Assembly: GCF_038025025.1 (NCBI RefSeq) | Contig: NW_027117343.1 | Location: forward strand, 1,178,001-1,242,000 | Length of the DNA stretch: 64,000 nucleotides | From: Phyllosticta citribraziliensis | Taxonomy: Eukaryota | Direction: 5' to 3' | Shown here: in pieces, positions 26,901 through 41,026 of the stretch | How positions within the stretch are numbered: position 1 is the first letter of the stretch | How the letters are laid out: every line of letters starts with the position of its first letter | Made by a program: the position numbers and the translations under genes | The notes under the pieces: model-generated | What the model saw: the letters and a program-made list of their open reading frames with translations, nothing else | Told to the model about the DNA's origin: nothing | Databases searched by the model: none

Positions 26901-29900
26901 AGACTTAGTAGATAGGTATCTAAACTCTCTATATCTAAATCTAATAACCTCTATTTCTAGTATATTAAAGAAGGACTTCTCTCCTAAGATTATAAGTCTA
27001 GCTAGTTCTAGGTTCTATAGTATATTATTAATATTCTAGATATACTTAAGTATAAATTACCTAACTCCTATAACTATACTTTCTATATTATTATATTAGC
27101 TCCTTTACTAGCCTCCTATAATATTATCTATAAAAAGGTTAGCCTTATCTTATTAATTATCTAGTATATATCTTAGGCTATAAACTACTTATCCTAGAGA
27201 ATTAATTATACCTTAGGAAAGTATATAGTTATACTAGTATTTCTAGAGGGTAATAAATCTAATAAGATCCTAATACTTTTTAGTAACTATAAATTAATTA
27301 AAACTAGAGTATAGGTCTATAAGGGTATATATTATAAGGCCTCTCTAGTACTCTATATAGTTATCTATTAGTCCTAGTATATTAGTATCTTAAATAGTAA
27401 TATTATTTAGTATTTATAAATTATTAATCTACCTATATATACTATTCTTCTTAGGTAATACTATCTAGGAATTATAATATTAATTAGAGTAGTACTTAAT
27501 AATTCCTATATCTTACTAAGTAGTAAGTAAGTTAAATATATACTATATTTTAGCTTATAAAATATATAATACTCTAACTCTCTAGGCCTTATATAGTATT
27601 ATCCTAATAGGGAACCTATATATTACTATTAGCTTAACTTATCCTATTTCTAATAGGTTAAATAAGATAGTACCTTCTCTACTATATAGTATTTCTAGTA
27701 TTAGTTCCTACTCTCTTAGCTAGAGATTATCTCTAGTAATAAGGCTAGCTAGCCTTCCCTATATAAGGTATATACCTAGTTAAAAAATAGTAATTCTTAG
27801 ATAGAATAAGTAGGTAAATTATCCCTAGCCCTAGAGGTCCCTTATTAGTATAGTAGTCTATTTAATAATTATAGTCTCTTTAGTCTTCTACCCCTTAATT
27901 ATATTTAATAACTCTTCCTATAGTATTAAGTTATCTATAGGCTCTATTTTTATACCTTTTTATTTATATACTATATACTAGTATAGGTTTTATTATCTAG
28001 TAGTATTAAGATAATTAGGAAATATACTATACTAAGATACTCTATAATAAATAATACTCTATTCTCCTATTATATATATAGTTAAAAATATATTATCTAA
28101 TACTAAATTAGTATTTTTAGTATTTTATTTATTTTAATTATATAGGCCTCTTATTAGTTAGTATAGTAATTATATACTAATTAGCCCCTAAATTATTATA
28201 CTAGCTAGTTTCCTAGCCCTACTACTTATATACTATTACTACTTTAGATTCTAATAGGACTAATATAGTATATAGTATCTTTAATACCTTTAATAAATAG
28301 GAATACCTAGTAGGTAATAATCTCTATATAGTAGTAAGGGTTAATAGGGTAGGTAAATCTTAGCTTAACTACTCTAGTAGGTATAGTTTTAAATTTACTA
28401 CCTACTAAGATAATCTAAGGTATTCCTAATATAATAGGGATAGTAGTTTAATTATATACTAAGAAATAAGTACTCTAGGACTAATCTCCTATTTAAATAG
28501 CTAAACTTAAGATCTATTATTTAATTTTATACTTTAAACTATTTATAAATCCTATAGTTATATTAAAACTATTAGGTAGTATATCCTATACTAAGATATT
28601 AAATTTAGCTATAAGGGCCTTAGAAATACTATTTATATTTACTCTAGTATCTACTAGTACTTATACTATATAGCTACTAAAGGATACTAGGATAAAGGGT
28701 AATAGGATATAGTAGATAATAAGGCCCTATTACTTAACTAGTATTATAACCTCTTTATAGATTATTAGCTTTAGCTTATAGTCTCCTCTAATAATTATAG
28801 AATCCTCCTAGCCTTCTAATAATTTAATACTAAAGTATATCTTATATATTAATAGGTCTATAGGCTTACTATCCTAAAGGGGCTTACTATTAGGCCTATA
28901 TAAAATAAAGCTCTAAGTAGGTATATACTTTATAGTATATACTAGGCTTATATATATATAGTTAAAAACTCTAGAGATAGTTTTACCCTTAGTAACTAAT
29001 ATATTAGTTAGTATATTTAAATATATAAAGATCCTATCTAGGAAATAATCTTCTTATTTAAATAGGTAATACTAAGAGAAGTTAAATTTTATAGGCTTAT
29101 TAGAGGAGTTAAACTAGTACCCTTTAATATTATTAACTAGTTCTATATATATAGTATATATTAGCTTCTATAGGTTATCTATTATATATAGGTATTTATT
29201 TAGTACCTATAGGTTATTATAAAGTATTTCTTAGACCTCTTCTATAATCTTAGTATTAATAGGAGTATAAAATAACTTCTATATATTATTATATAGGCTA
29301 AGGATTCCTTTTATATACCTAATAGTCTCCTTATTAAAGATATCTCTATATCTCTAGCTATTTAGACCTAGTTTATACTATTTATAATAGAATAGGTCTC
29401 TAAATATAATAGTTTTAACCTAGTATTACTTAGGGGGGGCCCCTTTACTAAGTAGCTCTAGCTTATTACTCTTTAATTCCTTAAGAATAATACTTAGCTT
29501 ATTTTATAGAATTTCTTTAATATTAAATATATCCTTATTAGTATCCTCTATAGTTACTCTTTAAGGTTTATCTATATTAGGTTCCTAAATAGGCTCTTTA
29601 CTAGATATAGTAGGTTCTTTAATATTACTACCTAATAGACTAGTAATAGCTAGTTATTTTAGCTATTAAGGTATATTTACTAGTAGGGTTATACCTAGGA
29701 TATCCTTATTAGATATATTCCTAGTCTTATTAGATATTACTTACTTAGCTATATTCCTAACTTATTTATTAATAGCTATTTTATTAACTATAGCTTATAA
29801 GATTTTAGCTCCTCTTCTCCTAGCTAGCTTCTTTAGCTTCCTTATATATTTTATAATCTTTATTAGGTTTATAAAGATTATATTCCTAAGAGGTACTTTA

Positions 29901-32669
29901 GCCTTAAAATAGTATATACTATATATTATCCCTTTATTATAATAGTAAATCTAATAGAAATAAGGCTAGCTATCCTTTATATTAGCCTAAGTATAGTTAA
30001 TCTAAGTATACTAGCTTTAGTCCTAGTTATATTAGTCTTAGTTATATTAGCTATAGTCTAAAGGTATATTATATCTAGTATTAATTTATAATAGGGGCTA
30101 ATATCCTTATAGTTCTTTATTTATTATAGATTAAGATAATAACTCTCTCCTAGCCTAGTAAGGAGTTACTTATTATTCTAGTACTAGTAGTATTTTTAAT
30201 AAATTATTATTATTTATCTACCTCTAATACTATAAGTACTTCTTAATATCTAGCTATTTATTCCTCTTATAAGTTAATATTAGCTAGCTATTAAAGTCCT
30301 AGATATATCTATTTTAACTAATAGATATAAGGCTAGTATATATAAATAGTAATAGAATAGGGTAACTCCTAACTATATAGCCTATCTTATTATAACTCTA
30401 ATATTCTCCTATTCCTATACTTTAGTTTATATTTAAACTAGTAGGTCTAGCCTAGTTATAGGAGTTAGGGTTATATTAAGGTTAGCCTATAGGAGCTATC
30501 CTAGATAGTAGTAGCTTTATTAATAGAAGACTAGGACCTATTTATAGAGTATATTATCCTAGTAATAATATATACTATCTAGCTAGCTAGCCTATTCTAA
30601 TAGAGCTATTATAGGGAAATAATAATTAGATAACCCTTATATATAGGTCCCTACTACTTATAATATACCTATACTTCTTACTATCTATAAGCTATTTATA
30701 GATATAGCTAGTAGCTTCCTAGATTAATTTAATATATATCTTAGCTAGCTTATCTACTAGGTCTTTAACTATAGTATTATTACTCTTTATTAAAGGGGTC
30801 CTAATCTTAGAGGTTAATTATCTACTTAAAGCTATAGTTATAGAGGAAGAGCTATTAGAGGATAATACTATAAATAGTAGAGAAGATCTTAGGAGATATC
30901 CTCTCCTTATTAGTATAAGGTCTATAATATAGTCTAGCCCCTTAATATAGTATATAACTATATTTATAATCTCTAATAAGTCTATAGAGTATAATACTAT
31001 ATACTATTTATATTCTAGCTAGGCCTTAATATATAACTAGAGATACTAAATATTCCTAGCTCTATAGGCTAAATACCCCTTTTATAAGAACCTAGTTTAT
31101 ATATCTATATATAGGGTATTAAGGAACTATATCTTCTATAGGCTTTTATTAATATATCCTTCTTCTACTACCTTATTACTAAGTATCCTATAAAGTTTAA
31201 AGAACTTATCTACCTTAGAGGGGTAATAGAGGTCCTTATATCTTTTAGCTAAGTTCTTAATATAGCTCTAGTTCCTACTAATTATACTAGTATCTTAGTT
31301 CTTATATTATACTAGTATCTAGACTTTTAGACCTTTCTAGTCTCTAATCTAGAACTTAATAGTATAGTAGATTTCTAGGCTAATTAGGGTTTTATAATAT
31401 TAAACTAGCTTTAGTATAAACTCTTCTAAGAGACTCCTAGCTATAGTATAAAAGTATTTATATATCTTAAGGAATAATAATATATTATCTCCCTTAAACT
31501 ATAGCCTTTACTTTAGTACTAGTATCTAGCTTATTAGGATTATCTATATTAGAGAAGCTATTCTTATATAGTATTAGTTAATTTCTATTAGTATTAATAA
31601 CTCTCTATTAGACTAGGAGAGAGTTATTTCTATAGTATCTAGTATTAGCTAATTAGCTTAGCTTAGTACTATTATTTTATTACTATCTATCCCTAATAGT
31701 AGTATAATTATAGGAGGTATACCTAGTCTAGTAAAAGGTCTAAATAAACCTATAGCTAATACTATACCTTATAAGGGAGTTTAAGTACTAATTACTAGTA
31801 ATAGGGGTACTATAGATAGTCCTCCTTAAGTAATTATAGGCCCCTACTATTAGCCCCTAGAAGAGTACCTACTACTATAAGAACTAGATTATTATCCTTT
31901 CCCTTTATCTCCTTTTAATATACCTCTTCCTCCTCTTCTATTTCTTCCTAATCTACTAGAAGAACTTATAGTACTTATAGGCTAGCTATTAAATTTATTA
32001 TATAATTATATCTAAATCCTCCTTTATAATTTATTATATAAACTACTAACCTTATAATATAATAGAATAGTCCTAAAAACTTAATAGGCCTTAATAATCT
32101 AATATCTATAATATAACTATATAAAAACTAGAGAATTAACTATCTAGGCTTATCCCTATACTTTATAGGTAGAAATACCTAGAATAATATTATACTTAAT
32201 AAAAATAGAACTAGGTAAAGTTAAATAGTATAGTATTATTATTCTATAAAGTATATACTAACCTACTATAAAATTATAAGTATTAATCTTATAGCTTATA
32301 TAGTATCTATAAAATAGTACCTAGAATAAATAAGTAAATAAATACTAGTATAATAGTAATAACTAGTATAGTAAATATATAATAATAGGCTAGGTAGGAG
32401 AGGATAAAATTAATAGTACTTATTAGTAATATCCTAAAGCCTTTTACTTACCTAATTTCTACTACTATTATATATTTATATAATTAGATAGTAAGCTCCT
32501 AATCTATAGAAGCTATACTATAAAATATAGGTAGGACTAGCTACTTACTAATATACTTACTTAGCTAGCTAAAATGCTAGTACTAGAAGAGGTATAAGAG
32601 ATAGTAACTAGTAGTAAATAAGTAGGCTCTATAGGATAGGAATAAAATAACTACTAAACTAACTAAAAT

Positions 32670-32837
32670 AAGCTACTATCTAGCTATTACTTCATTATCT
32701 GAGTAGTATAAGACTTAGGTATAAATAATAAGTATAAATAAATAAATAACTAAAAGCTACTATCTAGCTATTACTTCATTATCTGAGTAGTATAAGACTT
32801 AGGTATAAATAATAAGTATAAATAAATAAATAACTAA
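32670..32837 (+). repeat. 84-bp tandem duplication inside the F 5' LTR
   Basis: Units 32670-32753 and 32754-32837 look identical; single copy in the LTRs at 12291 and 19849. Confidence 0.9.
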
Positions 32838-33204
32838 ATACTTAGTAGATAATAGTTTAACCAAGTATAAAAGACTTTATTTATATAAGTAGTACCTCTT
32901 AATAAGCAGCTATAAAAGAGGGTATATAACTAGCTAATCTACTACTAAAATACTAATAATATAAAACCTCCTATTACTACTAAAGGTGCTAAGTTTACTT
33001 ATACTTTTATTAGCTATTATTATTGCTACTAAACCGCACAGAACTATATTTTCCTAGTATTCTAGAGCCGCCTATAGTCTTATTTTCTTACTAGCCTAAT
33101 CTTCTACTTATATCTAAGCTAAAACCGCAGCTAAGAATGAGAACAATAACCGCTAAAAGTAACCCTTAAAAGCTATAAAAACCGTGCCGGCCAGTAGTGC
33201 TACA

Positions 33205-33801
33205 CTAGACCTAGTACTAATAAATATAGATCTAACTTTATTCTATATATATAATGGTTTATTTTCCTTAGGTTTAGGCTAGAGAAGGTGGTTTAATTCT
33301 ACTTTATTAAGTAGTAAATCTCCTTCTTTTATTAGTTTAAATATTATATATATTAGAGGCGGCTCTAAATTAGTATAATCTAATCTTCTAGATAAAGTAT
33401 CAGCTCTATTATTTTCTTTTCCTTTCTAGTAGGTAATTTTAAAGTTATAATTAGCTAGAATTTCTATCTATCTAGCTTATTATCTAGTTAATTATTTTAT
33501 TATTTTAAAATAGTATAGGTTTAAATGGTCTATTATTACTTCTACTTAATAATTAGCTCCTTCTAGATAATATCTCTATTCTTTAAAAGCTATTACTATA
33601 GAGAGTAACTCCTTATTATATATATTATAATTTAATTCTATAGGAGATAGTTTTCTAGAATAATAAGCTATAGGATATAGCTTATTATCCTTATCTAGTT
33701 AGCTTAGGCAGGCACCTATAGTATAATCTAAGGTATCTATTTCTAGAGTAATAGGTAAGGTATAGTTAAATATCTTTAGAATAGGTACTTTAATAAAGGC
33801 T
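33205..33801 (-). mobile_element. Family C pol continuation (RNase H)
   Basis: 'IGACLS...PIAYYSRKL...[18 protein letters not shown]...RADTLSR'; joins 19848 when F is removed. Confidence 0.85.
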
Positions 33802-36800
33802 TATTATAGCACCTAGTAGAGTGAATCAATATAGACTACTAATAATTAATAGGTAAGGAGTAAGAGTAGTTATTACACGGCCTATATAGAATAACTATCT
33901 ACTCTTAGGCTAACTAGAAATAGCTAGTATATATAGAAGAAGTAAATACTAAGTACTAGATACTATAAAATATAAGTAGTATATACTATATTATATAATA
34001 CTATCCCCCCCTCCTAGTAAGTAATATCCTTATTACTTAGTTACAGGTCTAACCTACTAGTAAGTAAAGGTTAGGGTATCTTTTATAATAGTATAAGATA
34101 ATATTATATATATTATTAAACTTACTATTATTAGTATTATAGAATACCTAGTCTAGTAGATAGTTAGTCTAGTTTACCCTAAACTAGAGCCTCCTATTAG
34201 CTAATATCTAGTAACCTATAATCTCTTCTACTTCCTAATTAGTATTCTTATTCTTATTATTATTATCTTATAAGGCTAGGCTATTAGCTAGCTATTATCT
34301 AGGTAATAGGTTATTACTAGTAATAATAAGGTATAAGATATTAAATTTATTATAGGTATATAACCTAGTAGGTAGTTATAGTATAGCCTAGTTACTATAT
34401 ATATTAGTAACTTAATATAGACTATTATTATAAATATTAAGTATAGTAGGATAGCTATAGAGTATATATATATATAATCTATATAGATATATATATATTT
34501 ACCTAGTTTAATAATATAATCCTAATATTAGTAATTAGCTTAAATAGCTATTTATTATTATATAACTATAAGACTATACTTAGTCTTATCCTATACCTAT
34601 TATATAGTATAGGTAATAGCTTATATAGTCTATAGTTATATAGAATAGGTATCTATAATTAGTCTATAGATACTATAAATAGTAGCTTTAGTATTAAAAT
34701 TAAATTATAGCTTATAGCTATAATAAATATAAAAGGGGGAGTAGCTATTAAGGCTCTTATATAGTATACTATTAGCTATAAACTAGGTAATAGATAGTAG
34801 TAGTTACTAATTATCTTAATAGAACCTAATAAACTATCTTAAATAGTTCTTAAAGTCCTAATTAGCTTATTTAGTCTAGCTATTAGTTTATAGATAATAG
34901 CTAGTAGATAGTTTTAGGCTAATACTAATAATATAAGCTAGGCCCTCCTATAGGTAAGAGATAAACTAGTTACTATAGTCTAAGATAATAGAGAGAGGGA
35001 AACTATATATAGTAAAGATATAGTCTATAAGTATATAAGCTATAGCTTTAGCTATAGTTCTATTATTTATAGTATCTATAGTAATAAAGTAGTATACTTT
35101 ACTAAAATAGTTATAAATAACTAGGATAGTATCTATCCCCTTACTATATAGTAGTAGGCTAATAAAGTCTATAGTAATATACTACTATAGCTATAATAGA
35201 ATAGGTAGTAGTTATAGCTAGCCTAAAATAGCTAGATAAGCCTTATAAATATATATATAGATTAGATAATTATCTATAACTTAGGATATAAGTAAGATAA
35301 GGTAAGGAAACTAAAATTATAGTACTAGGAGATTATATAGCTAAGTTTAGCTAGGGTAGCTAGTAAGTAGCTACTTATAGATATAATATATAAGAAGTAA
35401 TTAGAGTTTAGTAGGTATAATAAGGTAGCTATCTATAAAGATATTCTACTACCTATTAATAGTAAATAGTAAGTCTAGCTTACTAGTATAATACCTCTAA
35501 TTATTTATCTTAGTATTATCTATAGTATTAGCTATAAGTAATTAGTAGAGTATAAATATATTATTATTACTATTATTATTATTTATTAGGGCTAGCTCCT
35601 AGTCCTTATATATACTAGCTAAGAGCTTATTAGCTAGGAGTAGGGTCTAGTATTATATTTATTACTAGAGGTTATTAATAGTAGGGGTATCCTAAGGATA
35701 GTAAATAAGTATATTAGCCTTAATATTAGTATAGCTAGGGTAATATATAATCTTAAAGTTATATTCTAAGAGGAGTTTAGCCTAGTAGGCTTAATAATAA
35801 ATTAGCTATTTAGTTATAGTAAAGTACTATAATATCTAGTAATCTATAAATACTATAAATAGTATCTAGTAGGCCTTAAGATTAGGCTCCTATAACTCTA
35901 AGGTATAAATAATAGCTAGGAGCTCCTTATTATAGATAATATAGTTAAGCTTAGCTAGTACTATAGTCTTAGAATAGTATATAATAGGGTAAAGCTATTA
36001 CTTATTATTATACTAGGAGAGAAGGCTACTATTAGTCTAATTAAATAAGTCTATTTTTATAACTATCTTATAAACTAGGTTAAAGTAGGTAAGGACTAGT
36101 ACTATTATAAAGATATACTTAAGACTATTAAATAACTATTATTTAGTATTAGTCTATTACTAATTAGTACCCTTATAAGTTAGCTATATTAATAGCCTAG
36201 TAGTCTTACTATAGTCCTTAATAAATTACTAGTAGAAATTAGTAGTACTAAGAAAGGACTAGACCTATTTTACTATTATAGGCTACTCCTAAGATATAAT
36301 TATATTAATCTTAGAGGGGTCTATATAAATACTATTAGTAGAGATAATAATACCTAAAAATTAGGTTTCCTAGATATAGAACTTATACTTATAAATATTA
36401 ACTTATAAACTATACTCCTATAGATAAGTAGGGACCTCCCTAATATACTATTAATAATCTATAAGTATTTAGCTATAAATAAGGATATTATTAAGATATA
36501 TAGTAGTATACTTACTAAGATAGTAGAATAGGTACTTATTAATTAGCTATTACTAGGTACTAGGGCTATTAGCTATACTAAAGGGTATAACTAAGTACTT
36601 ATAGGTACTATAGTAGGTCTAGAATATAAGTAGGTCCTTAGTCTACTTATCTATAATATATATTTAGTAGAAAGCCTACTTAATATTAAGCTTAGTAATA
36701 TACTTAGTACCTCTTATTTAGCTAATTATCTTATCTAATAATAGGAGGGGATAGTAGTCCTTCTTTATAAGTTTATTAAGCTTATAGTAATTAATATAGA

Positions 36801-39800
36801 AATAAATACTACTATTAGGCTTAGTTATAAGTAAAATAGAGGAGGCTATACCTACCTTACTAGGCTCTAATATACTAAGATTAATACCCTTCTAGATATA
36901 CTACTTAATCTTAGCTAACTAGATATTATTAGTATACTAAAGTAGTATATAACTAAGGTCTTTAGGTTTAGTACTATCTTTTAGTTCTATATAGAAGTTA
37001 GTCTATAGATAGGTATAAGAGAGTAGGTTAGTATTATAAAAAGTATCTAAGAGGTTATAATACTTATAAGGGATAGTATAATAGAGGTAAGGCTTATTAC
37101 TACTAATACTAAAAGCCTATAGGATAGACTCTAATAAATAAAGTTTAGTATACTCTAAGTTATTAATAGGAGTAAAGGTATAGATAGAGTAGGCCTTAGT
37201 ACTAAGCTATTATTAGAGTAGGACTATATTAAAAGCTATAATTAGTACTATATTAGCTAATAAGCTTATCTAGGAATAACTCTACTTATTAAGCTAACTT
37301 ATAGTCTTCTTAATAATAGAAATATCCTTAGGTACTTAGTAGTAGTATTATAATTAAGAGAGCTCTCTTAATAGGCCTATCTTATAATATATTAACTAGT
37401 AAGGCTAGCTAACTTACTTAGTACTAACTTATAAGGGAGAGATTAGTAGTTTATTATTAAGAGGTTAGCTATAATATAAGATCTTAATAGGAGTTATAGT
37501 AGTAGGCTATAGTAGAGATAAGGTAGTATTATTTATAGATAGTAATAATAGTAAGGTATAGTTATTAAATAACTAGCTATTAGTCTAGGGGGGAGTTATA
37601 ATTATAGTTATAGGTAGTAGTATATTAGTAGTAAATATATATAAATAGGCTATACTAGTTTATAATATCTAAGATAATATTTAAATAGATAGTAAGGATT
37701 TAATTAGCTTAAAGGCTATTTAAGACTATATTAAAATATCCTAATATTTAATTAAAAACTTATTTTATAAATTAGTACTATACTAATATAACCTACCTAA
37801 CTTTACTCTACTAATCTTTAATAATATATATCCTAGATCTAGTATAAAACTAAACTAGTATATATACTCTAAGCTAATAAATAAATTATATAAAGGACTA
37901 ATCTAGGTAATTATTATAGAAGCCTATAAATTAAAAAGTATAGAATTATCCCTATATTTTAAGCTAAATAATAAGCTAGTAATAAGCTTATAGGTAAGAT
38001 ATTAGGTCTAGCTATATATATAATTACTAATAGTCTAGGGCTTATATAACTATTACTTCTAAGTACTAGTAGTAATAAGTTTATACTTAAGGGACTAATT
38101 TATATATAAGCTACTAGTATAACTAGAGTTAATAAGGATATAGATAGGCTATAGTAGTATATTAGGATATATATAGATATATATAGTATAAGAATAATAA
38201 GAAGGACTAAAAACTCTATTCCCTAATTATATTAAATAACTAATAGCTATCTTATAGGTATTATCTTCTATAGTAGTTTTATAGGAGGCTACTTATTTTC
38301 TAATAACTTATCTAAGTCTATAATATTACCTTTATTAATAATAATAATACCTAGGTCCTTAACTATATCTATAAACTCTTTAGTAACCTCCTTTATACTA
38401 GTAGCTAAATAGGTATAAATTAGCTAATAATATATAGGCTTACTATATAGATAGTCCTTAATCTAGTACTTTTAACTACTATAATACTAATAGCTATAAT
38501 CTTTTAGTATAATAGTATACTCTTATTTAATACTACTAGTAGTATCTTTAATAGGAGTAGCCTAATAAGAGGGTCTAGCTAATATAGCTATATAAAGGGT
38601 ATTCTTATAATAGTTTATTATCTATAGGGTTAATAATAGCTTAGCCTAACTAATATTAGTAGCCTAGTCTAAGATATATAATAGCTCTATATAGCCTTTT
38701 ATAATATTAGTAATAGTAATATTATAATAGTTTATATAATTTATAGATTAGCTAATCCTTAGCTATATAGCTAATCTAGCTAATATATTAAACTAATATA
38801 TAGAATATATATAATAATATCTTAAAAGCTACCCTAGTACTAGTAATATAGTCTATAATAGTAAGTTAAGTAATAGTATAGCTTTACTAGTCTATAATAT
38901 TATATAAACTATCTAATAAGGTCTAGATAATATTAGGGTTATTAATACTATCTTTATTATTATTATTATTATTATTATTAATAATAGTAGTTAAAGTAGC
39001 CTTATTAACTAGGTAAGAGTAAATATATATAGCTTTAGCTATATTATCCTAATACTAGCTACTATTAAAGAGTAGCTTATCCTTAATATTACTATACTAT
39101 ATATAGTAGTTATCTAGTATACTATTACTAGACTAATACTTAGGATTAGTAAATTAATATTAGACCTTATAGTCTAGTATATTACCCCTATTATAAATTA
39201 CCTATATAAGCCCTAAGACCTACTCCTAGAGCTACTAAGTTATTAGTATAGTAATAATAGATAATTTATTATTATTATTACCCTAAGGGGTAATAGGTTA
39301 GCTAGATAATAGGCTAGTAGTAGTTAACTACTAGCTAGCTATTAATATAGTTTAAAGAGTAGCTAATAGTATTATACTATTAATAAACTAGCTATTCTTA
39401 GCTATTATATAGGTTATTAACTATATAATATAATAAGATATTATATCTCTATTACTAATAGAACCTTCTTAATCTATAATTTTACTTATATACCTTATCT
39501 AAGACTATAAACTATAAAAATAATAATACCTAGTACTTCTAGTATATCTAAAACTATAGTATTTTAACCTAATACCTTATAGGGTATAATTAAAGTAAGA
39601 AAACTTATTAGTAAGGGATAGATAATAAGTCTTATCCTCTTATAAGTAGTAAGAGACCTATTAATAGTATTATAATACCTAGTAGAGTAAATTAATATAG
39701 ACTACTAATAATTAATAGGTAAGGAGTAAGAGTAGTTATTATATAGTCTATATAGAATAACTATCTACTCTCTAGCTAACTAGAAATAGCTAGTATATAT

Positions 39801-39866
39801 ATAAATAGTAAATACTAAGTACTAGATACTATAATATATAAACTATACATGCTATATTATATAATA
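33802..39866 (-). mobile_element. Full-length family B chromovirus (6.07 kb), 199-bp LTRs at 33802-34000 and 39668-39866
   Basis: Two equal-length LTRs; PPT complement CCCCCCCTCC at ~34005; chromodomain '*EVEEI...L*FRVN*' ~34120-34240; RT, RNase H and integrase homologous to 7063-11919. Confidence 0.92.
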
Positions 39867-40818
39867 AGGACCTTATAACTATATCCTTTAGAGATTTTTT
39901 AAAGCTATTAGTATAGTTTAAAAGGGTTTACTTAAGAGCCTAATTTTACCTCTATATATAATTTAATTACTATAATACTTAAAGCTTATTTAAGGGTACT
40001 ATCTTAATCTTAAATAATTTAATTTCTTAATATAGTACCTTTATAAATACTTCTATAACTAGAGCCTTTATTATATAAGTAGGTCCTAGATCTTAAGTTT
40101 ACTCTTTTACCTCTACTAGTTCTACTATATAGAACTTATATAGGGAAATAGGAGGAGATCCTTATTTATTTTTATTTAAAGGTTATCTAGGGTTATATAA
40201 GTCTTTAGTTCCCTTATATAAATCTAATTAGATAGATTAACTAGTACTAGTACCTTTAATAATACTAGATATAATAGCTTTATTCTTAGCTATATTATCT
40301 TTAATAGTCTTCTACTTAGAATATTTCTTAAGTAGGTATAGATAGGATACCTCTTAGATATTTATATACTACCCTATAGCCTTTAATAAAGACTTCTATA
40401 ATTAATATATACTTAATACTCCTTAGCTATTAGATAATACTAATATACCTAATAAGGATAACTTAGATTTACTAGGGAAAAGTAATAAGTAGTCTTATAT
40501 AAGGCTATAGCTATATATAATATTATTTAGATTAAATATTATAATATCTTTATAGGTAATAAAATAGAATAGAGCTAATACTTAGAAAAATCTTTTATAT
40601 CTATTGTAACTTATAAGTTTCTTATTTTATAGGTTTCTTTATATAAGGGTTAGTAGTCTATATTAGGCTAGGAATAAGGTAAGGTATTAATAGGTTATTA
40701 TAATATATTAGTCTAAGGCTATAGTAGCTAGTATCTTATAACTATATAATATTAGGGTTATCTATACTAGTATTAGTTCTTATATAGGTACGCTTAATAG
40801 TAAGCGCCTATTATAATA
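39867..40818 (-). mobile_element. Family A-like fragment: 5' gag region plus shorter LTR (40605-40818)
   Basis: Diverged homologue of ~5590-6742; LTR starts TGTAAC and ends CGCCTATTATAATA (=CGCCTATCGTGACA). Confidence 0.8.
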
Positions 40819-40909
40819 TAGTACTTATATATAATAATAGGGGATAAATAATCTACTTATTATCTTTATACTTTAGTATCTAATCTTAGGTAAAGACCTT
40901 ATTTTTATA
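40819..40909 (-). repeat. Terminal fragment of family C LTR
   Basis: Near-identical to 14779-14869. Confidence 0.85.
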
Positions 40910-41026
40910 ATTTTATAGGAACACTCTTTAATCTACTACTAGTCTATCTCTATATATATTTAATCCATATCAACATCCCTACTACACGCGTACCACATTT
41001 CCTCTCTCCTCATCTCTTACGCTCGC

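Larger units (their letters stand above)
19849..33204 (-). mobile_element. Full-length 13.36-kb Ty3/Gypsy element, family F, inserted into the family C pol
   Basis: LTRs 19849-20443 and 32526-33204; CTAG on both flanks (4-bp TSD); protease VLVDT (~28650), RT 'DLYS...LP.G...FIDNI' (~27120-27330), integrase 'ANFLYEELI' (~25510), GPF-like region (~24900). Confidence 0.92.
1..40960. repeat. AT-rich, RIP-degenerated block of nested LTR retrotransposons
   Basis: Very low GC, TpA-saturated, CpA/TpG/CpG depleted; no long intact ORFs; gag/pol motifs recognisable after reversing C>T/G>A; abrupt switch to balanced GC near 40,960. Confidence 0.97.
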
